A stretch of 56,759 nucleotides of DNA from Methylophaga sp. (GCA_041612215.1 JBFJJO010000001.1:1-56759); one strand, 5' to 3'; positions 38,549-49,792 are shown, numbered from the stretch's first letter. Notes: a model not told the origin generated them from the sequence alone. Translations and numbers: made by a program.

Positions 38549-39106
38549 ATGAACACCCTAACGCTGGCCGAACAACATCAACTAAAAGCAATAGCGGCGG
38601 CAGCAATTGAATTCGGTCTGCAATATGACCGACCACCAAAACCTGATATCAGTCACTTGCCGCTGGCTTTACGGGAAGTCGGAGCTTGTTTTGTCAGCAT
38701 TTACAAACAAAATGAATTACGCGGCTGCACCGGTACCCTGACAGCAAATCGGCCACTTGCCGAAGATGCCAATCATAATGGCTTTTCGGCAGCTTTTAAT
38801 GATGAACGTTTTGCGCCGCTGTCCCCCCCCGAATGGTCCCATTGCCAACTGCATCTGGCGGTAATCGATGAACCTCAGCCCTTATTTGTAAAAGATCAGC
38901 GGGATTTGCTTAATAAACTAACGCCCGGTGTGGATGGGGTGATTTTATCTTCCGGCAATAAACGGGCAACGTTTCTGCCGCAAGTCTGGCAGCAACTGCC
39001 AGACAAACAACAATTTATAAACCATCTCAAACAAAAAGCCGGTCTGGGTATCGATGAATGGCCAGTTAACCTGCAAATTCAGTTGTATCAAACACAATCA
39101 TTCTGA
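38549..39106 (+). CDS. amrA: AmmeMemoRadiSam system protein A (AMMECR1-like)
   Basis: ACFVS, LRGCTG, AAFNDERF, ATFLPQVW, LKQKAG. Confidence 0.92.
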   Translation: MNTLTLAEQHQLKAIAAAAIEFGLQYDRPPKPDISHLPLALREVGACFVSIYKQNELRGCTGTLTANRPLAEDANHNGFSAAFNDERFAPLSPPEWSHCQLHLAVIDEPQPLFVKDQRDLLNKLTPGVDGVILSSGNKRATFLPQVWQQLPDKQQFINHLKQKAGLGIDEWPVNLQIQLYQTQSF

Positions 39107-39858
39107 TCCCGTAGCCGTTGTATCGCAGCAACGACATCGCCAGCTAACCAGGCATTCGTATCTTGCAATTGTGCTTCATCACCGGGCTGATATTTACCCG
39201 TTTGCACCAGACAAGCATTCAGTCCGGCCGCCAATGCCCCTAACACATCTGCTTCCACATCATCACCGATCATCATAACTTCAGCCGCAGTGCAGGATAA
39301 TGACGCCAATGCTGCCTCAAAAAAGCCGGCGGCCGGTTTACCAAAAATTTCGGCTTCAACCTTAGCGGCATACTCCAAAGCGGTTATAAAAGGTCCGGCA
39401 TCAAGCTGTAAAGCGCCGCCACTTTTAAAATAACGGTTACGGCCAATAGCCAATAATGGTGCACCATCCATCAGCAGCTTAAAAGCCTGGTTCAGATGTA
39501 AATAATCAAAACGCTCTGCCGCATCCGCCACAACGACGGCATTAGGCCGCTGCTGGTCGATATCAGCAAATTCCGCTTCAAGATCCGGATGGATTAAAAA
39601 AAACGGCCGGAGTTTACGCGTTTGGAGTGCCTGGCGAACGGCGCCCGGCGCGGTGAAAATTTGTTCAGGTTTGACCTGAAAGCCCATGTCTTGCATGGCT
39701 AACAAGGTTTGTTCGCTGGTTGTGCGGGAAGTATTGGTGACAAATCGCAGTTGCAGATTGCTCTGTTGCAGGCTGGCAAGCATCCTGACAGCGCCGGGGA
39801 GAGCTTGCTGGTCCACATGCAATACGCCACTGATGTCGAACAAAATCGCTTTTATCAT
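39088..39858 (-). CDS. HAD-IIA hydrolase (LHPP-like)
   Basis: FDISGVL, FVTNT, GKP, MIGDDVEADV, VQTGKY. ATG at 39858 has a GGAGA RBS. Confidence 0.9.
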   Translation of the reverse strand: MIKAILFDISGVLHVDQQALPGAVRMLASLQQSNLQLRFVTNTSRTTSEQTLLAMQDMGFQVKPEQIFTAPGAVRQALQTRKLRPFFLIHPDLEAEFADIDQQRPNAVVVADAAERFDYLHLNQAFKLLMDGAPLLAIGRNRYFKSGGALQLDAGPFITALEYAAKVEAEIFGKPAAGFFEAALASLSCTAAEVMMIGDDVEADVLGALAAGLNACLVQTGKYQPGDEAQLQDTNAWLAGDVVAAIQRLRDQNDCV

Positions 39859-39992
39859 CTGGACATTCTCCGAGTGATTCAGCGTTAACTTGAGTATGCG
39901 CCTGTCGGCAACGGTGAACAAGTCAACATACAAGACGGCCAGCTTAAAACCCGTTAAACTACGCGCCACTTTTTGTTTTGTAGGTCAAGCAC

Positions 39993-41303
39993 ATGAAAGC
40001 CCCCCAAGTCGGATTTGTCAGTCTCGGTTGCCCCAAAGCATTGGTGGACAGCGAGCGTATTATTACCAAGCTGCGCGCCGAAGGTTATGACATTTCTAAT
40101 AGTTATGATGATGCCGATTTGGTAGTCGTTAATACTTGCGGTTTTATCGATTCAGCGGTCGAAGAATCGCTGGACAGTATCGGCGAGGCTATTGCCAAAA
40201 ATGGCAAGGTCATCGTTACTGGCTGTCTGGGCAGTCGTGATAACAACATTCGCGAAAAACACCCGCAGGTATTGGAAATTACTGGTGCACACGCGCTGGA
40301 AGAGGTCGTCAGCGCTGTGCACAAACATCTGCCACAGCCACATGACCCATTTACCAGTCTGGTGCCACCTGAAGGCATCAAACTTACGCCACGGCATTAT
40401 GCCTATCTGAAAATTTCTGAAGGCTGTAATCACCGTTGCACCTTCTGCATCATTCCATCAATGCGGGGTGACCTGGTCAGCCGGCCGGTGAATCAGGTGG
40501 TTGCCGAAGCCAAACGCCTCGCGGATGCCGGCGTTAAAGAAATCATGGTGATTTCACAAGATACCAGCGCTTATGGTGTGGATCTGAAATATGCCGAATA
40601 TCCATGGCAAGGCGAACAAATCGCCACCCGTTTTACCACGCTTGCCAAGGCACTGGGCGAATTAGGTATCTGGGTACGGATGCATTATGTTTACCCCTAC
40701 CCGCATGTTGATGATGTCATTCCATTAATGGCAGAAGGCAAAATCCTGCCCTATCTGGATATTCCGTTTCAGCATGCCAGCCCGCGCATTCTGAAACTGA
40801 TGAAACGCCCGGCTTCCACACAGAATAATCTGGAACGTATCCAGGCCTGGCGCAACATCTGTCCAGAAATCACGCTGCGCAGTACGTTTATTGTTGGTTT
40901 CCCGGGTGAAACTGAAGCTGAGTTTGAAGAACTGCTGGATTTTCTCGACGCCGCACAACTCGATAAAGCCGGTGCTTTTAAATATTCGCCCGTTGATGGT
41001 GCGGTCGCCAATCAGTTACCTGACCCGGTGCCAGAAGATGTTAAAGAACAGCGCTTGGCCCGATTTATGACCAAACAAGCTGAAATCAGCGCAAAGCGCC
41101 TGCAACAAAAAATCGGCAAACGTGACTGGGTGATTATTGACGAAGTCGTCGAAGAGGGTGCCGTTGGCCGCAGCCGCGCTGATGCGCCGGATATCGATGG
41201 CTTAGTGTTTATCGATAACGCAACGCATCTGACGGTTGGCGATATCGTGCAGGTCGAATTTGAAGATGCCGATGAACACGATATGTGGGCGCACTTGGTC
41301 TAG
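39993..41303 (+). CDS. rimO: Ribosomal protein S12 methylthiotransferase
   Basis: [47 protein letters not shown]. Confidence 0.97.
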   Translation: MKAPQVGFVSLGCPKALVDSERIITKLRAEGYDISNSYDDADLVVVNTCGFIDSAVEESLDSIGEAIAKNGKVIVTGCLGSRDNNIREKHPQVLEITGAHALEEVVSAVHKHLPQPHDPFTSLVPPEGIKLTPRHYAYLKISEGCNHRCTFCIIPSMRGDLVSRPVNQVVAEAKRLADAGVKEIMVISQDTSAYGVDLKYAEYPWQGEQIATRFTTLAKALGELGIWVRMHYVYPYPHVDDVIPLMAEGKILPYLDIPFQHASPRILKLMKRPASTQNNLERIQAWRNICPEITLRSTFIVGFPGETEAEFEELLDFLDAAQLDKAGAFKYSPVDGAVANQLPDPVPEDVKEQRLARFMTKQAEISAKRLQQKIGKRDWVIIDEVVEEGAVGRSRADAPDIDGLVFIDNATHLTVGDIVQVEFEDADEHDMWAHLV

Positions 41304-41322
41304 GTCTTAAACAAGCCCTGAA

Positions 41323-42324
41323 CTAGTTTTCCAGCACGATCCGGTAGCGTGCTTTACCATCACGCAGATGTTGTATTGCCTGATTAATGTCCCGCATGGC
41401 AAAGGTTTCAATCTGCGGTTTAATATCATGCCGCCTCGCAAAATCAAGCATTTTTCGGGTAGTTTCCGGGCTGCCTGAAGGCGTACCGGAAACACTGCGC
41501 TGCGCCATAATCAGATTAAATACATTCAGATCTAGCGGGTTCAGCGTCGCACCAACAAAATGCAGACGGCCTTTTGGGGCCAGCGTATTTAGATAGGCAT
41601 TCCAGTCCAGCTTGACGGCGACCGTAGAGATAATCAAATCAAACTGCCCTGCGGCATCGGCCAATGCCTGCGGATCACGGGAATTAATAGTATGGTGCGC
41701 GCCCAGCGATTTCGCTTCCTGGATCTTGGCTTCACTGGAGGTAAACGCCGTGACTTCACAGCCCCAGGCATTTAAAAACTGCAGGGCAATATGACCCAGG
41801 CCGCCAATACCAATAACGGCAACTTTGCTGGTCGGTGGCAAATTATATTGCACCAGCGGATTAAACACGGTGATACCACCGCAAAACATGGGCCCGGCAC
41901 TCAACGGATCAATACCGTCCGGCAATGCCACCACTGAATTGGCTTTGGCGCGGACTTTATCGGCAAAACCACCATGATGACCAACAATGGTCATATCGGC
42001 TGTGGCGCACAGATTATGGTCTCCCTGCTGGCAGGCACTGCAATGATTACAAAAGCCTTTGAACCAGCCAAGTCCGACACGTTGGCCAATCTTAAACTGA
42101 CTGACTGCAGCACCCTTATCACGAATAAGACCCACCACTTCATGGCCGGCAATCAGTGGATAAGTCGTCATCCCCCATTCATTATCGATCATGCTCAGAT
42201 CGCTGTGACAAATCCCGCAATTCTCAACGTCGATTTCCACTTCTTCGGCGCCAATCGGACTCGGATCAAACTCAATTAACGCCAATTCGGCCCCTGCTTG
42301 CATTGCAGCATACGCTTTAAACAT
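41323..42324 (-). CDS. Zn-dependent NADPH aldehyde reductase (Ahr-like)
   Basis: CGICHSD, GHEVVG, C..C..C...C, GIGGLGH, GKARYRIVL. Confidence 0.9.
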   Translation of the reverse strand: MFKAYAAMQAGAELALIEFDPSPIGAEEVEIDVENCGICHSDLSMIDNEWGMTTYPLIAGHEVVGLIRDKGAAVSQFKIGQRVGLGWFKGFCNHCSACQQGDHNLCATADMTIVGHHGGFADKVRAKANSVVALPDGIDPLSAGPMFCGGITVFNPLVQYNLPPTSKVAVIGIGGLGHIALQFLNAWGCEVTAFTSSEAKIQEAKSLGAHHTINSRDPQALADAAGQFDLIISTVAVKLDWNAYLNTLAPKGRLHFVGATLNPLDLNVFNLIMAQRSVSGTPSGSPETTRKMLDFARRHDIKPQIETFAMRDINQAIQHLRDGKARYRIVLEN

Positions 42325-42358
42325 ATTGCCTCCCTCACCCATATAGCTTTTTTTGAAA

Positions 42359-43327
42359 TTATAGAATGACCGTGGTAATTAGATAAGTTGTATACGCAAC
42401 AAATGCGGTTAGTAATACACCACCTTCAATTCGCGTAATACGGCCCGGTCCACGTATACCATAAGCAAAAATAAACAAAAGAATGGTCAATCCCGCCATT
42501 ACCGCAACATCACGACGCAAAATGTCTGGTTCCACAGCCATTGGACTAATCAGACCGGCGATACCGACAACGGTTAGCGTATTGAACATATTAGAGCCAA
42601 TGACATTACCAATAGCCATATCATGCTCGCCTTTTTTTACCGCCATCAAAGACGAGGCTAACTCTGGCAGAGACGTCCCGATGGCGACGATAGTCAGGCC
42701 AATAATCAAATCACTTACGCCGAGGGCCACAGCAATATCCACTGCGCCCCAAACCAATAGCCGTGAACTCAGTATCAACACCACCAAACCAAACACCAGC
42801 CAAAATATGGCTTTCTTCAGCGGCATATTATAAGCATCTACTTCACCTTGCATTTCATTGCCCAGGGTATCGTCTTTGCTGGTCAAACCCTGATAAACAC
42901 TCCAGCCCATCAGTAAAAAAAACACTACCATCAGCACGACGGCATCCAGTCGTGACAAGTGACCATCAGCTAACTGGAAAGCTGCCAGAGCGGTAATCGC
43001 AATCAATACCGGCATCTCTTTACGCAGCACCTGCGAATGTACCAAAATCGGGCTTATAATGGCGGTCAGCCCCAGAATCAGCGCAATATTGGTAATATTG
43101 GAGCCATAGGCATTACCCAGTGCAATACCCGGATTACCCTGCATCGATGCCAAAGCCGACACCACCATTTCTGGTGCCGATGTGCCAAAACCGACAATCA
43201 GCATGCCTATCAATAAAGGCGACATACCATAGTGTTTGGCCGTTACAGCCGCACCCTCAATAAATTTGTCGGCACTCCAGACCAGAAACACCAAACCCAC
43301 CACCACCGCTGAAAATGCCAGGGTCAT
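42359..43327 (-). CDS. Calcium/sodium antiporter (YrbG-like)
   Basis: Two alpha repeats GTSAPE and GTSLPE, GNAYGSN, GNVIGSN. Confidence 0.93.
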   Translation of the reverse strand: MTLAFSAVVVGLVFLVWSADKFIEGAAVTAKHYGMSPLLIGMLIVGFGTSAPEMVVSALASMQGNPGIALGNAYGSNITNIALILGLTAIISPILVHSQVLRKEMPVLIAITALAAFQLADGHLSRLDAVVLMVVFFLLMGWSVYQGLTSKDDTLGNEMQGEVDAYNMPLKKAIFWLVFGLVVLILSSRLLVWGAVDIAVALGVSDLIIGLTIVAIGTSLPELASSLMAVKKGEHDMAIGNVIGSNMFNTLTVVGIAGLISPMAVEPDILRRDVAVMAGLTILLFIFAYGIRGPGRITRIEGGVLLTAFVAYTTYLITTVIL

Positions 43328-43398
43328 TCAAAACTCCATCATTAAAATAAATCAGATGCACTTATTATCATGGCTTGAGAGTTAAGCAGCAAATCAGA

Positions 43399-44889
43399 TT
43401 AGCGGCGACTGTCTGGACGCACATGGCGACGTAAAATTCGCTGATTTTCCTGTTTTACCGCAACGTTTTTACGCCATGCCCACAACGCATCACGTGCTTG
43501 TTTGCTGCTCTGCTTTAGTTCGACCACCGGTGATGGGTAATCACGGCCCGGGGTCACACCATAAATCTGACTTTCCATCGGCGTTAAGTGCCAGGGGGTA
43601 TGAATCAATTCATCAGGTAATTCGGTCAGCTCAGGACACCATCGCCGAATAAACTCACCTTTAGGATCTTGCTCGTGCGATTGTTTGACCGGATTATAAA
43701 TACGAATGGTGTTCGTGCCGGTAACGCCAGCCTGCATTTGAAACTGCGGGTAATGAATGCCCGGCTCAAAATCCAGAAATAATCTGGCTAAGTGTTCGAC
43801 GCCACGACGCCAGTCAAGCAGCAGCTGATGGCACAAAAAACTGACCAACATGGCGCGCATCCGAAAATTAATATAACCGGTCGCCTGCAAACAGCGCATA
43901 CAGGCATCGACAAGTGGATAACCGGTTCTGCCTTGTTCCCAGGCTAAATAATCCTGCTGAGCTTGTTCACCTGTGCGCCACGGAAAATCGGTATAACCGC
44001 GATTTACCGGGTAAAATTGCATGGTGCATTCGCTTTCAAATTTCTGAATAAAATGACAATGCCAGTGTAACCGTGAAGACAATGCTGCTAACGGCCGCCG
44101 CCAGCCCGGACGTTGCCAATCGGCCAGAAGCCGCCGATACATTTGCCTTAAACTGATATTACCCCAGGCCAAATATGCTGACATCCGCGAACAGGCTACA
44201 CGACTTAACATCGGGCTGGAAATATGACGGTGATAATGCTGGCCACGTTCACTGAAAAAGTCTTCCAGCACCTGCCAGGCTTGTTTTTCACCGCCCATCT
44301 GCATCAGCGTTTCGGGCTGTTGCCAACTTTCCGGCGCGACAAAACCAGGCCAATCATCCACCTCAACAAATTGTACCTGCTTTAATGCAGGCGCAGCCAT
44401 ATCGGCGCGCATGACTTTTTGCCAGTGTTTATCCCATTCATCCCGGTGACTGGCGGCGCGCATCACAGCGCCTAAAGGTGTTTCCTGCCAATCAATATTG
44501 TGTTGCTGGCAAAATATTGTCATGACCTTATCACGCTCAAATGTATTGGCTAAGCCAATCTCCTGATGACTGAACAGCGTTTTGATTTGCCAGGTCTGCT
44601 GGATTGTTTCAAATACAGCAAGGGCATCATTGTTCACAACACAAACCGACGTATTAAAACGTTTTAAACGCCGGTTCATATCATTGAGTGATTGCCAGAC
44701 AAAGCGCCAGTGGCGTTGACTAAAATGGGGATCATTGAGCAACATCGGCTCGAAGATATACAGCAGCAGAACCGGCAGATCCTGTTGACAGGCATCTGCC
44801 AGCGGCTGATGGTCACTGAGTCTTAAATCACGCTTGAACCAGACAACATTTATCGCCGGTTTGGCTATTAGGGCTTGTTTATCTTTCAT
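43399..44889 (-). CDS. Cryptochrome/photolyase family protein (FAD-binding). The first codons derive from the adjacent MITE.
   Basis: [61 protein letters not shown]. Confidence 0.9.
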   Translation of the reverse strand: MKDKQALIAKPAINVVWFKRDLRLSDHQPLADACQQDLPVLLLYIFEPMLLNDPHFSQRHWRFVWQSLNDMNRRLKRFNTSVCVVNNDALAVFETIQQTWQIKTLFSHQEIGLANTFERDKVMTIFCQQHNIDWQETPLGAVMRAASHRDEWDKHWQKVMRADMAAPALKQVQFVEVDDWPGFVAPESWQQPETLMQMGGEKQAWQVLEDFFSERGQHYHRHISSPMLSRVACSRMSAYLAWGNISLRQMYRRLLADWQRPGWRRPLAALSSRLHWHCHFIQKFESECTMQFYPVNRGYTDFPWRTGEQAQQDYLAWEQGRTGYPLVDACMRCLQATGYINFRMRAMLVSFLCHQLLLDWRRGVEHLARLFLDFEPGIHYPQFQMQAGVTGTNTIRIYNPVKQSHEQDPKGEFIRRWCPELTELPDELIHTPWHLTPMESQIYGVTPGRDYPSPVVELKQSSKQARDALWAWRKNVAVKQENQRILRRHVRPDSRR

Positions 44890-45134
44890 ATCCACCACTG
44901 CTGGCGGCTATTTTTGTGTCCGTCAAGGCGGAAAGCGCGCAGTGTAGTTTTCTACATAAGCGATTGACAACGCAGCCGGACACCAAAATAGTCCCAGCCC
45001 TTCGGGTTGTAACTGAAAAATCGCCAACCTGCGTTGCTCTTCGTCTGTTTAGAACAACTAAACGGCTCTCCTCGTGCCTTGATTGACGCTGTTTCAGTTC
45101 ACAACTGAGGCGGAGATGAAAGATAAACAAGCCC
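44871..45134. mobile_element. 264-bp MITE-like element with terminal inverted repeats and TA flanks
   Basis: Perfect 19-bp TIR GGGCTTGTTTATCTTTCAT at 44871 and its reverse complement ending at 45134. TA flanks both sides. Several internal hairpins; no transposase. Confidence 0.88.
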
Positions 45135-46447
45135 TAACGCCCCGGCGGCATAATCGGCCAGTCAGCGGCATCCACAGAATCCAGTGGCTGATGACCGGTA
45201 TCGCCCAGCCATTTATGGATAAATACACCATCAGGATCGTACTGCCGGGTTTGTTTTTCGATATTAAAATGCCGGCCACCACGTGGATCGGCGCCTACAC
45301 CAGCAATATACTGCCAATTGCCCCAATTACTGGCGACATCATAATCCAGCAATTGCTGCTCAAAATAGGCAGCGCCAAACCGCCAGTCCAGCTGTAAATC
45401 GTAAACAAAACAGCTGGCCGCAATCTGTCGACCACGATTGCTCATATAGCCGGTTTCGTTCAGTTGATGCATCAGCGCATTGACCAAGGGGTATGGTGTA
45501 TTACCATGACACCATTTCTGGTAGCGCTCAGGATAATAACAGCGGCGGCTGGTTTCATTATTGATACCGTTAAAACGAAATAACCTTGCGCCATAACGCT
45601 GCGCATACCACTGAAAATACTCACGCCACAGCAGCTCGAAAAAAATCCAGTAGGTCGATTCATTGGCAATGACTTTCTTTTCATAATCACGCAGACGACT
45701 GAGTAACGTTCTTACCGATAAACTGCCCTGTGCCAGCCACGGTGAGAACTTGGTGGAATTGTCCCAGCCATCCAGTTCATTGCGCACGTCTTTGTAAAAA
45801 GCCGGCGCTTCACCAGTGAAGTAGTCAGTGAGATGTTGCAAAGCCGCCTGTTCACCACCGGTAAATTCAGTGATATTGGTTGCAGCGAGTCTCACTGGCG
45901 TTTTGACCAGGTTTGCAGGTGGCGGTGGTAAACGATCAATTGACGCCATAGGTCGGTTGACCGGTAAATTCTCAACTAACTTTCGAAACTGACTGAATGA
46001 TTTAGGCAAATCCGCCAACGGAAATGGCAAATTTTGTTCACTGAATAACGTCGCCGTTTCGGCTTGATAAAATTCCCTGTCCGGGAAGTGCTGTTGCAGC
46101 CTTTGCCATTGCCGGTTCTCATAAACACCGGGATGCTGACTGCGGCCAACAACAGCGACTTGATAAGTTTCTACCAGCGCCGCAATCGCCTCAACCGGAT
46201 CTGCTTCAATCACCAGTAAAGTCTGACCGATGGCATCCAGTTGATTTGATAAGTCGGTCAGCGCCTGTGTCAAAAAAGCATACCGCACCGCACCGAGCGC
46301 ACGGGCGTTAAAGCCATTAGGCCGATACCAAGCTGGGTCAATACAAAACACACAAATAAGCTGTTCCATTGACTGCATTTGCCACAGACCAGGGTGGTCA
46401 TGTAATCGCAGATCGTTTTGTAACCAAAATAAGCCGGTTCGCTTCAT
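45134..46447 (-). CDS. DASH-family cryptochrome
   Basis: WLQNDLRLHDH, RNELDGWDNSTKFSPWLAQG, ANESTYWIFFELLWREYF, SNRGRQ, DYDVASNWGNW.Y.AGVG.DPR. Confidence 0.93.
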   Translation of the reverse strand: MKRTGLFWLQNDLRLHDHPGLWQMQSMEQLICVFCIDPAWYRPNGFNARALGAVRYAFLTQALTDLSNQLDAIGQTLLVIEADPVEAIAALVETYQVAVVGRSQHPGVYENRQWQRLQQHFPDREFYQAETATLFSEQNLPFPLADLPKSFSQFRKLVENLPVNRPMASIDRLPPPPANLVKTPVRLAATNITEFTGGEQAALQHLTDYFTGEAPAFYKDVRNELDGWDNSTKFSPWLAQGSLSVRTLLSRLRDYEKKVIANESTYWIFFELLWREYFQWYAQRYGARLFRFNGINNETSRRCYYPERYQKWCHGNTPYPLVNALMHQLNETGYMSNRGRQIAASCFVYDLQLDWRFGAAYFEQQLLDYDVASNWGNWQYIAGVGADPRGGRHFNIEKQTRQYDPDGVFIHKWLGDTGHQPLDSVDAADWPIMPPGR

Positions 46448-46558
46448 TGTTTTTCCTTAAATCAACGACCTTGAGACGACTGCAATCAGAAATGGTTCAG
46501 CTTAAGAACTTCATCATATTTGCTGCGTCAAAGCGAAAGCCAAACTCAGGAATACACC

Positions 46559-46948
46559 ATGCATCATCTGACGATATTTTTTGATGGAAATTGCCCACTG
46601 TGCATCAAGGAAATCAATGCATTACAAGCGCGTGACATAAAGCAACGGCTCAAATTTGAAAATATTTACGCCGCTGATTTTGTATATCGTTATCCTTACA
46701 TCGATATTGTAAAAGCTGACCGCGCATTACACGGCCAACTGGCTGATGGCAGGATGATTTATGGCTTGGATGTCACGGCCAAAGCCTGGGCACTGGTCGG
46801 CGCCCATCAGTGGATCCAAATATTGCGTTGGCCTGTGATTCGCTGGTTTACCGATATGGGATATCGATTATTTGCCGGATTACGTCATCCCATTGGCCGC
46901 CTGATGGGCCGAGATAAAACCTGTGACACCGACCAGTGTAATCGCTGA
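46559..46948 (+). CDS. DCC-family thiol-disulfide oxidoreductase (DUF393)
   Basis: IFFDGNCPLC, GLDVT..AW, YRLFA. ATG at 46559 preferred. Confidence 0.88.
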   Translation: MHHLTIFFDGNCPLCIKEINALQARDIKQRLKFENIYAADFVYRYPYIDIVKADRALHGQLADGRMIYGLDVTAKAWALVGAHQWIQILRWPVIRWFTDMGYRLFAGLRHPIGRLMGRDKTCDTDQCNR

Positions 46949-48904
46949 TTACTGTTCAATTAGCCAGTAAAAACCAAAACCGGGTATAACCAGTGAACTG
47001 TCGAACTGCTCCGGGCTTTTACCGGTGACAGCATCAATTAACTGGCGGTCTTGTGGCGTCGCCCAGCGGCTTAAGTCTGTCATATCCAATGTCTGCGGCT
47101 GTCGATCAAAATTACTGACCAAAAGCACCCGCTCACTGGGTTTATTAATATGGTAACGCTCAAAGACAAACAAATGCGGATTGCTGACCTCCAGTAAATC
47201 ACGATTGTTAAAGTCAGCAAACGCATCCAGCTCTTTATGCACAGCAATCATGGTTTTTAACTGGCTGAAAATCGCATATTCCACGGTGCCCGGTGAATGT
47301 CTCAACGCTGCTTTATCCCAGTCGATATAGGGTCGATGTACCCAGCGCGAATCATCCATTTTCACAGGATCAGTTTTATAACTTTCATCGTTGGTAGTGC
47401 CGATTTCATCGCCGTAATAAAGCAAAGGCAACCCACCAAACGACAAAATCAAATTGTGCAACAATAAAATAACATTGACCGCATCATTAATTGCCTGCGG
47501 ATCATTGGTTTCCACGGCATGCTGCAAGCCAACAAGAGAAGCCAGTGATCCTGAAATTCGGGTATCACCGGTTTTATCGTTTTGACCAAACGGCACGCCC
47601 CGCGCATGTGAATCGGCAAAATGACCGGTAAAATAATCAATCAAGAACTTGCGATGGTCAGCAGGCTCATAACCTACCAGTGCAATATCCCGGTCATCAA
47701 AGCCCAGTCCGATATCATCATGACAACGAATATAATTCAGCCAGGTAGCGCGCTCTAATTTGACAGGCAAACTCTTGATGCCCTGATTCAGCAGTCGGGC
47801 ATTTTTGGTCGCCACGGCATCCCACATCAGCGCCATAAAGGTTGCGTTGTAAGCAATTTCACACTCTTTGGCATTTACGGCATCTTCACCAAAGTATTTA
47901 ATAACTTCGACCGGTGCAACAATTGCCTCGGCGATGAATAATACGCCCGGCGCCGTTACCTGACAGCAGTCCTTCAGCAATTGCAGAATCAAATGCGCTT
48001 CGCGCTCATTCTGACAGGCACTGCCAATTTTTTTCCACAAAAATGCCACTGCATCAAGGCGAACAATATCAGCACCCTGATTGGCCCAAAACAAAATGAT
48101 ATCGAGCATTTCAATAAATACCGCTGGATTGCTGTAATTCAGATCCCATTGGTAATCATTAAACACGGTCATGACCCAGCGTTGCATTTCTTCATTCCAG
48201 GTAAAATTACCGGGCGCTGTCTCCGGGAATACTTCTGGCATGCTTTGCTCAAACATATCCGGCACATCACGATTTTCGAAGGTGTAATAATAATCACCAT
48301 AGGGCGAATAACCGGCTTTCGCTTTTTCGGCCCATTCATGTTGATCGGAGGTGTGATTGAGCACCACATCCAATACCAGCAACATATCGCGCTGGCGCAT
48401 TTCACCCGCTAAATGTCGCAAATCGTCCAGTGTACCCACCCGTGAATCGATTTCCCGGAAATTACTGACCGCATAACCACCGTCACTTTTACCTTCAGGA
48501 CATTGCATGATTGGCATGACATGCAACAGATTGACACCTAAATCCTGAAAATAATTGAGATGCTCACGCATACCATTGAGATCTTTGGCAAAGCCGTTGG
48601 CATACATGGCCATACCAACCCATTTCTGACTGAGAAACCAGTTGAAGTCCTGTTCGCGTTCAATATCGCGCTGACGTAAATTCTCAGGGCGAATGATGTA
48701 TTGTCTCGCCATGGTTTCCACTAGCCGCTGTGCCTGCTCAGCAAAATCCGGACGTTTACCGTAGAGCTTGTCGAACAGCGAATGAATAGCGTAAAAATTA
48801 GCACCCAGCCGGGTATAAAAATAGCGTAAATCGACCCGGGCAAATTCCGGCTCGATTTGATTCAGGATGGCATTCAGGAGCGAATGCGATTGTTGTTCAT
48901 ACAT
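46949..48904 (-). CDS. ams: Amylosucrase (GH13)
   Basis: SDGGYAVS, LDVVLNHTS, RLDAVAFLWK, FIAEAIV, RCHDDIG, RISGSLASL, DSRWVHRP. Last gene of the sucrose operon. Confidence 0.9.
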   Translation of the reverse strand: MYEQQSHSLLNAILNQIEPEFARVDLRYFYTRLGANFYAIHSLFDKLYGKRPDFAEQAQRLVETMARQYIIRPENLRQRDIEREQDFNWFLSQKWVGMAMYANGFAKDLNGMREHLNYFQDLGVNLLHVMPIMQCPEGKSDGGYAVSNFREIDSRVGTLDDLRHLAGEMRQRDMLLVLDVVLNHTSDQHEWAEKAKAGYSPYGDYYYTFENRDVPDMFEQSMPEVFPETAPGNFTWNEEMQRWVMTVFNDYQWDLNYSNPAVFIEMLDIILFWANQGADIVRLDAVAFLWKKIGSACQNEREAHLILQLLKDCCQVTAPGVLFIAEAIVAPVEVIKYFGEDAVNAKECEIAYNATFMALMWDAVATKNARLLNQGIKSLPVKLERATWLNYIRCHDDIGLGFDDRDIALVGYEPADHRKFLIDYFTGHFADSHARGVPFGQNDKTGDTRISGSLASLVGLQHAVETNDPQAINDAVNVILLLHNLILSFGGLPLLYYGDEIGTTNDESYKTDPVKMDDSRWVHRPYIDWDKAALRHSPGTVEYAIFSQLKTMIAVHKELDAFADFNNRDLLEVSNPHLFVFERYHINKPSERVLLVSNFDRQPQTLDMTDLSRWATPQDRQLIDAVTGKSPEQFDSSLVIPGFGFYWLIEQ

Positions 48905-48922
48905 AATATGGTCAGGCAGTTT

Positions 48923-49792
48923 TTAATTAAATGTTTGGTAAAAGGTCGCATCATCAGTAAATGCGCCCTGCAAACCCACAACCGCAGCAGCAAAATCCTG
49001 CGCTTTGGGCAATATTTGTGTGACCGGCCAACCATGCAGCAGGCCATGTAAGTACATTGCAGAAAATGCATCGCCAGCGCCAACCGTATCAGCAACTTTG
49101 CCAGCTTTACCTGGGGGGAATTCATACACCTGGCCGTCATTACAACGCACAATAGCGCCTTTTTCACCCCGAGTAACGATTAACTGCTCCAATTGGAAAT
49201 TGGTTTGCATACGAATCATGTCTTGCAACAAATCTGCCGATTGAAAACCAAGTGCTGCCAACTCATCGGCATTCAACTTGACCCAGCGCGCCCGCTCCAG
49301 CGAGGCAAACAGAATTTCTTTATTCCACCATGGCGCACGCAGGTTAACATCAACAAAAACCGACACCGATGCAGCCTGTTTTAAATTCGCCAGCACGTCG
49401 TGATTATGTGAATGCCGCAAGGCTAAACTGCCGTGATAGACGATAACATCATTGCGTAACGTCGGAAGCGCCGCTTTGTCAATAAAATCGTAGGCTACGT
49501 TATCTGTGATCTCATAATGTGGCTCACTACCCTTTAAAGTCACGTTAACTGTGCCCGTTGGCCGGGTCGGATCGGTTTGCAAACCCGATAAGTCCATCCC
49601 CCATTGCTGCATCGCATTTTTAATCTGATGGCCCAGCGCATCATCACCAACCCGGGATATAAATAACGGCGAGTCACCAAAAGCCTGCAAATGCCAGGCA
49701 ACGTTGAACGGAGCACCGCCCAATTTTTGCTGATCAACAAAACAATCAAACAAAGCTTCGCCAAATACTGCCAGCCGTGCTGAATCAGTCAT
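48923..49792 (-). CDS. PfkB-family fructokinase
   Basis: GGAPFNVA, DVNLR, DTVGAGDAF. Confidence 0.9.
   Translation of the reverse strand: MTDSARLAVFGEALFDCFVDQQKLGGAPFNVAWHLQAFGDSPLFISRVGDDALGHQIKNAMQQWGMDLSGLQTDPTRPTGTVNVTLKGSEPHYEITDNVAYDFIDKAALPTLRNDVIVYHGSLALRHSHNHDVLANLKQAASVSVFVDVNLRAPWWNKEILFASLERARWVKLNADELAALGFQSADLLQDMIRMQTNFQLEQLIVTRGEKGAIVRCNDGQVYEFPPGKAGKVADTVGAGDAFSAMYLHGLLHGWPVTQILPKAQDFAAAVVGLQGAFTDDATFYQTFN

Noticed and set aside
44879-45397. ORFs 44879-45130 (-), 45083-45397 (+) and 45094-45282 (-), including a second MKDKQAL
   Set aside because: They are by-products of the MITE inverted repeats and of overlap with CRY-DASH. No DUF2256-like CxxC protein is present.
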